A stretch of 64,000 bases of DNA from an uncultured Nitrososphaerota archaeon (GTDB taxonomy: Archaea; Thermoproteota; Nitrososphaeria; Nitrososphaerales; CADDZS01), in assembly GCA_963799845.1 (NCBI GenBank), contig CAWCYI010000004.1, positions 1,760,001 to 1,824,000 on the forward strand, written 5' to 3'. The notes under the pieces were generated by a model that made no database searches, had not been told where the DNA came from, and was given only the letters and a program-made list of their open reading frames with translations. How positions within the stretch are numbered: position 1 is the stretch's first letter; every line of letters starts with the position of its first letter. The position numbers were made by a program, and so were the translations under genes. Positions 61,809 through 64,000 of this stretch are shown here, in pieces.

Positions 61809-62724
61809 TCAAACATTCAGTACAATGACAACGCCCACAAACAAGACGACAATCCCGATTATCTGGATCTTTGTCAACCTGTCCTTGTAAAATGCAGTCG
61901 CGAGAATAGTGGTAACAACGCCGAGCAGGCTGGAAAGGGTCGTCACCAGAGCTGGACTGTTCCCGGAGTAAATGTACCCGAGGGTAAGAGCGGTAAACCC
62001 TGCCGAGTCAAGAACGGCCATAACGATTAACCACTTCCACGCACCGTCTTTCGGGAGCACGAGCTTTTTCATCGTTAAAAGGAGGAACGGGAACGAAAAC
62101 AAAACTGCGCCGACCCTCACGAACCAGACACTCAGCACCGATCCAAAATAGCCCGCGCCGTAATTCAGGCCGAGATAAGCTGCCCCGAAGAAAATGCTCG
62201 CGAGTAAAGCCGATACCACGCCGGTTGAATTTCGTTTCTTTGGGACCTGCCCCGATGAACCATCTGGACCGGGAGTGACACCGGACAAGATAACACCAGA
62301 AATCACTATCGCGATGGCGATTCCCTTTTCGAGTCCTATCCCCTGACCCAGCAGGACAAATCCAAAAAGGATCGTGAATATCGGAAAAGAGCCAGCGATC
62401 GGAGCCGTCAGCGACATGTTTCCAATCGAAAAAGCCCGGTAGAGGAGCATCAGTCCAAGGACATTCAGCGCGCCAACGAAGATGTCGAGCAGCATATAGT
62501 TCGCTCCCTTCGAAATGAATCCCATGCTCGGCAGCCCAGTGATCAGGATGAACGCGGAGAAACCTGCGAGGCTGAACAGCTGCATGTAAGCCGTAGAGTA
62601 GCCGTATCCGATCTTTCTCGACGCAAACCGTGAAAGGAAATCCGTCGTACCCCAGAACAACGCAGCGAGCAGCCCAAAGATGGCCGGCGGGATCAGATCG
62701 TACTCTTGCCTCCAGAAGTAGCAT
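61809..62724 (-). CDS. DMT/EamA family transporter
   Basis: about 10 TM in two EamA repeats; GLLAALFWG; start uncertain. Confidence 0.85.
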
Positions 62725-62807
62725 GAGGCTAAATTTTCCGGGGAGAATCAACTTTGCGTTCAATCACGGGAAATTGATTTTAGAGGGCTTTCGAAAGAGA
62801 ACGTGGC

Positions 62808-63725
62808 TTGCCGAAGATCCAGTTTGGGTTCCAGTTCCCCAACGTGATGGGCTACAGTTCCTTTGATCGCTTGAGAAAAATTGCAGAAACGGTGGAGGAC
62901 CTTGGTTTCAACTCCATCTGGACTTCTGATCACGTCCTTCCAGTAGCGGCTTTCCAAAAAACAGCAGAACCTGGGATATACGAATCAGTAACGACTCTCG
63001 CTTATCTCGCGGCCGTTACCAAAGAGGTCACGATTGGATCGTCCGTCCTGCTCCCGCTGAGACACCCATTGTTACTTGCGACGATGTTCAACACGATAGA
63101 CCACGCCTCTTCAGGGAGACTACGAATTGGTCACGGCGTCGGCTGGTACAGATCCGAGTTTGAGAACATGGGAATCCCATTTGCAAAACGAGGTCTCGTG
63201 GCCACAGAGCAGCTGATGATCATGAAATTGCTCTGGACAAAACCATCCGTGAGCTACAAGGGAGAGTTCTACACTCTCAGGGGTGCAAAGGTTGTGCCGA
63301 AACCGGTGCAGAAACCTCATCCTCCAATCTTGATCGGCGGATCTTCGAATCAGGCACTAGAGCGCGCGCTCGAGCTTGGAAACGGTTGGATGCCGTTTGC
63401 TGCTTCCGTGGAGGATGTCAGAAAAGGAATGGAGGAAATTAAGCGAATCGCTTCCTCGAAGAAGAGGAATCTGAAAGATTTCCTTCTCTACGTGGATTTA
63501 CCCACTACGTTGAAGCCGAAAGGCGAGTCGGAAATAACTTTCAAGAAACTAAAAATTGATGACGACAGGGAAGAAAGTCTTACAGGAGATTTTTCCATTA
63601 TCACAAACAGAATCGAACGGTACATATCCCTTGGAGTGCAACAAATAATTCTTGAATTCGAGGAACACGAGAAAGAAATTGAAAACCTCAAGCTTTTCAA
63701 AAGTGAAATTGCGTCAAGGTTCTAG
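62808..63725 (+). CDS. LLM class F420-dependent oxidoreductase
   Basis: IWTSDHV, GRLRIGHGVGW, PKPVQKPHPPILIGG, NGWMP. Confidence 0.9.
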   Translation: MPKIQFGFQFPNVMGYSSFDRLRKIAETVEDLGFNSIWTSDHVLPVAAFQKTAEPGIYESVTTLAYLAAVTKEVTIGSSVLLPLRHPLLLATMFNTIDHASSGRLRIGHGVGWYRSEFENMGIPFAKRGLVATEQLMIMKLLWTKPSVSYKGEFYTLRGAKVVPKPVQKPHPPILIGGSSNQALERALELGNGWMPFAASVEDVRKGMEEIKRIASSKKRNLKDFLLYVDLPTTLKPKGESEITFKKLKIDDDREESLTGDFSIITNRIERYISLGVQQIILEFEEHEKEIENLKLFKSEIASRF

Positions 63726-63855
63726 CAAGATCTCCCTAGGATTAGATCTTTTCTTCCACGTTCCTGCAGGAGGCTTTAACCGGAACGAAAAGAATATCCA
63801 ATTCATAGCAGTCTCGATTACAATTTAAGGAAAGTACCAAGACCTGTTTCCGAAT

Positions 63856-64000
63856 TTGAAAAATGAACAAGTGAAGGCAGCCGGTACTCACGGCTCCAAA
63901 AAAGATCGAGACCAGAACCTTTCCGACGCCGGAAATCACGAAAGAGACCGGGCTGGTCAGGATGCTCGGTTCCGGCATCTGCGGCACGGACAAGCACGTC
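63856..64000 (+). CDS. zinc-binding (MDR) dehydrogenase, 5' part, runs off the window; frameshift near 63883
   Basis: VKAA-VLTAPKKIE...GLVRMLGSGICGTDKH (catalytic Zn Cys motif). Confidence 0.75.
   Translation, partial: MKNEQVKAAGTHGSKKDRDQNLSDAGNHERDRAGQDARFRHLRHGQAR

Noticed and set aside
63742-63993. 83-aa minus-strand ORF and the many other antisense/nested ORFs in the track
   Set aside because: Shadows of well-supported genes on the other strand or frame (here the MDR dehydrogenase)

Overview
Gene-dense archaeal chromosomal window. Archaeal markers: HTH_10 regulator, class III signal-peptide solute-binding proteins, many VapBC/HicAB modules and an EgsA-like dehydrogenase. A heterotrophic, non-ammonia-oxidising Nitrososphaerota/TACK lineage is my inference. 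No rRNA, tRNA, CRISPR array or transposase was recognised. The window is dominated by catabolism of amino acids, peptides and cyclic amides: tdh-kbl, three LLM oxidoreductases, three DUF917 (S-methyl-thiohydantoin desulfurase-like) paralogues, a hydantoinase/oxoprolinase A subunit, a creatininase, a Moco-Rieske fusion, a Dpp/Opp ABC importer plus two orphan binding proteins, amidohydrolases, a nitrilase-family enzyme, M24 and M14 peptidases and ALDH7. The top finding is a nitroreductase + DUF6092 pair (33332-34244) carrying the sequence signatures of cyclodipeptide oxidase AlbA/AlbB, with no cyclodipeptide synthase in the window, lying next to the DUF917/hydantoinase/peptide-ABC cluster. It is a candidate archaeal diketopiperazine uptake and degradation system. 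A second unexplained region (11-18.6 kb) holds convergent paralogous small genes, an acidic micro-ORF, a predicted three-way-junction RNA and a ~100-bp structured element duplicated in inverted orientation. Roughly 18 genes carry single-base frameshifts, most likely uncorrected long-read indels. All family calls come from motif recognition and memory, not database searches.
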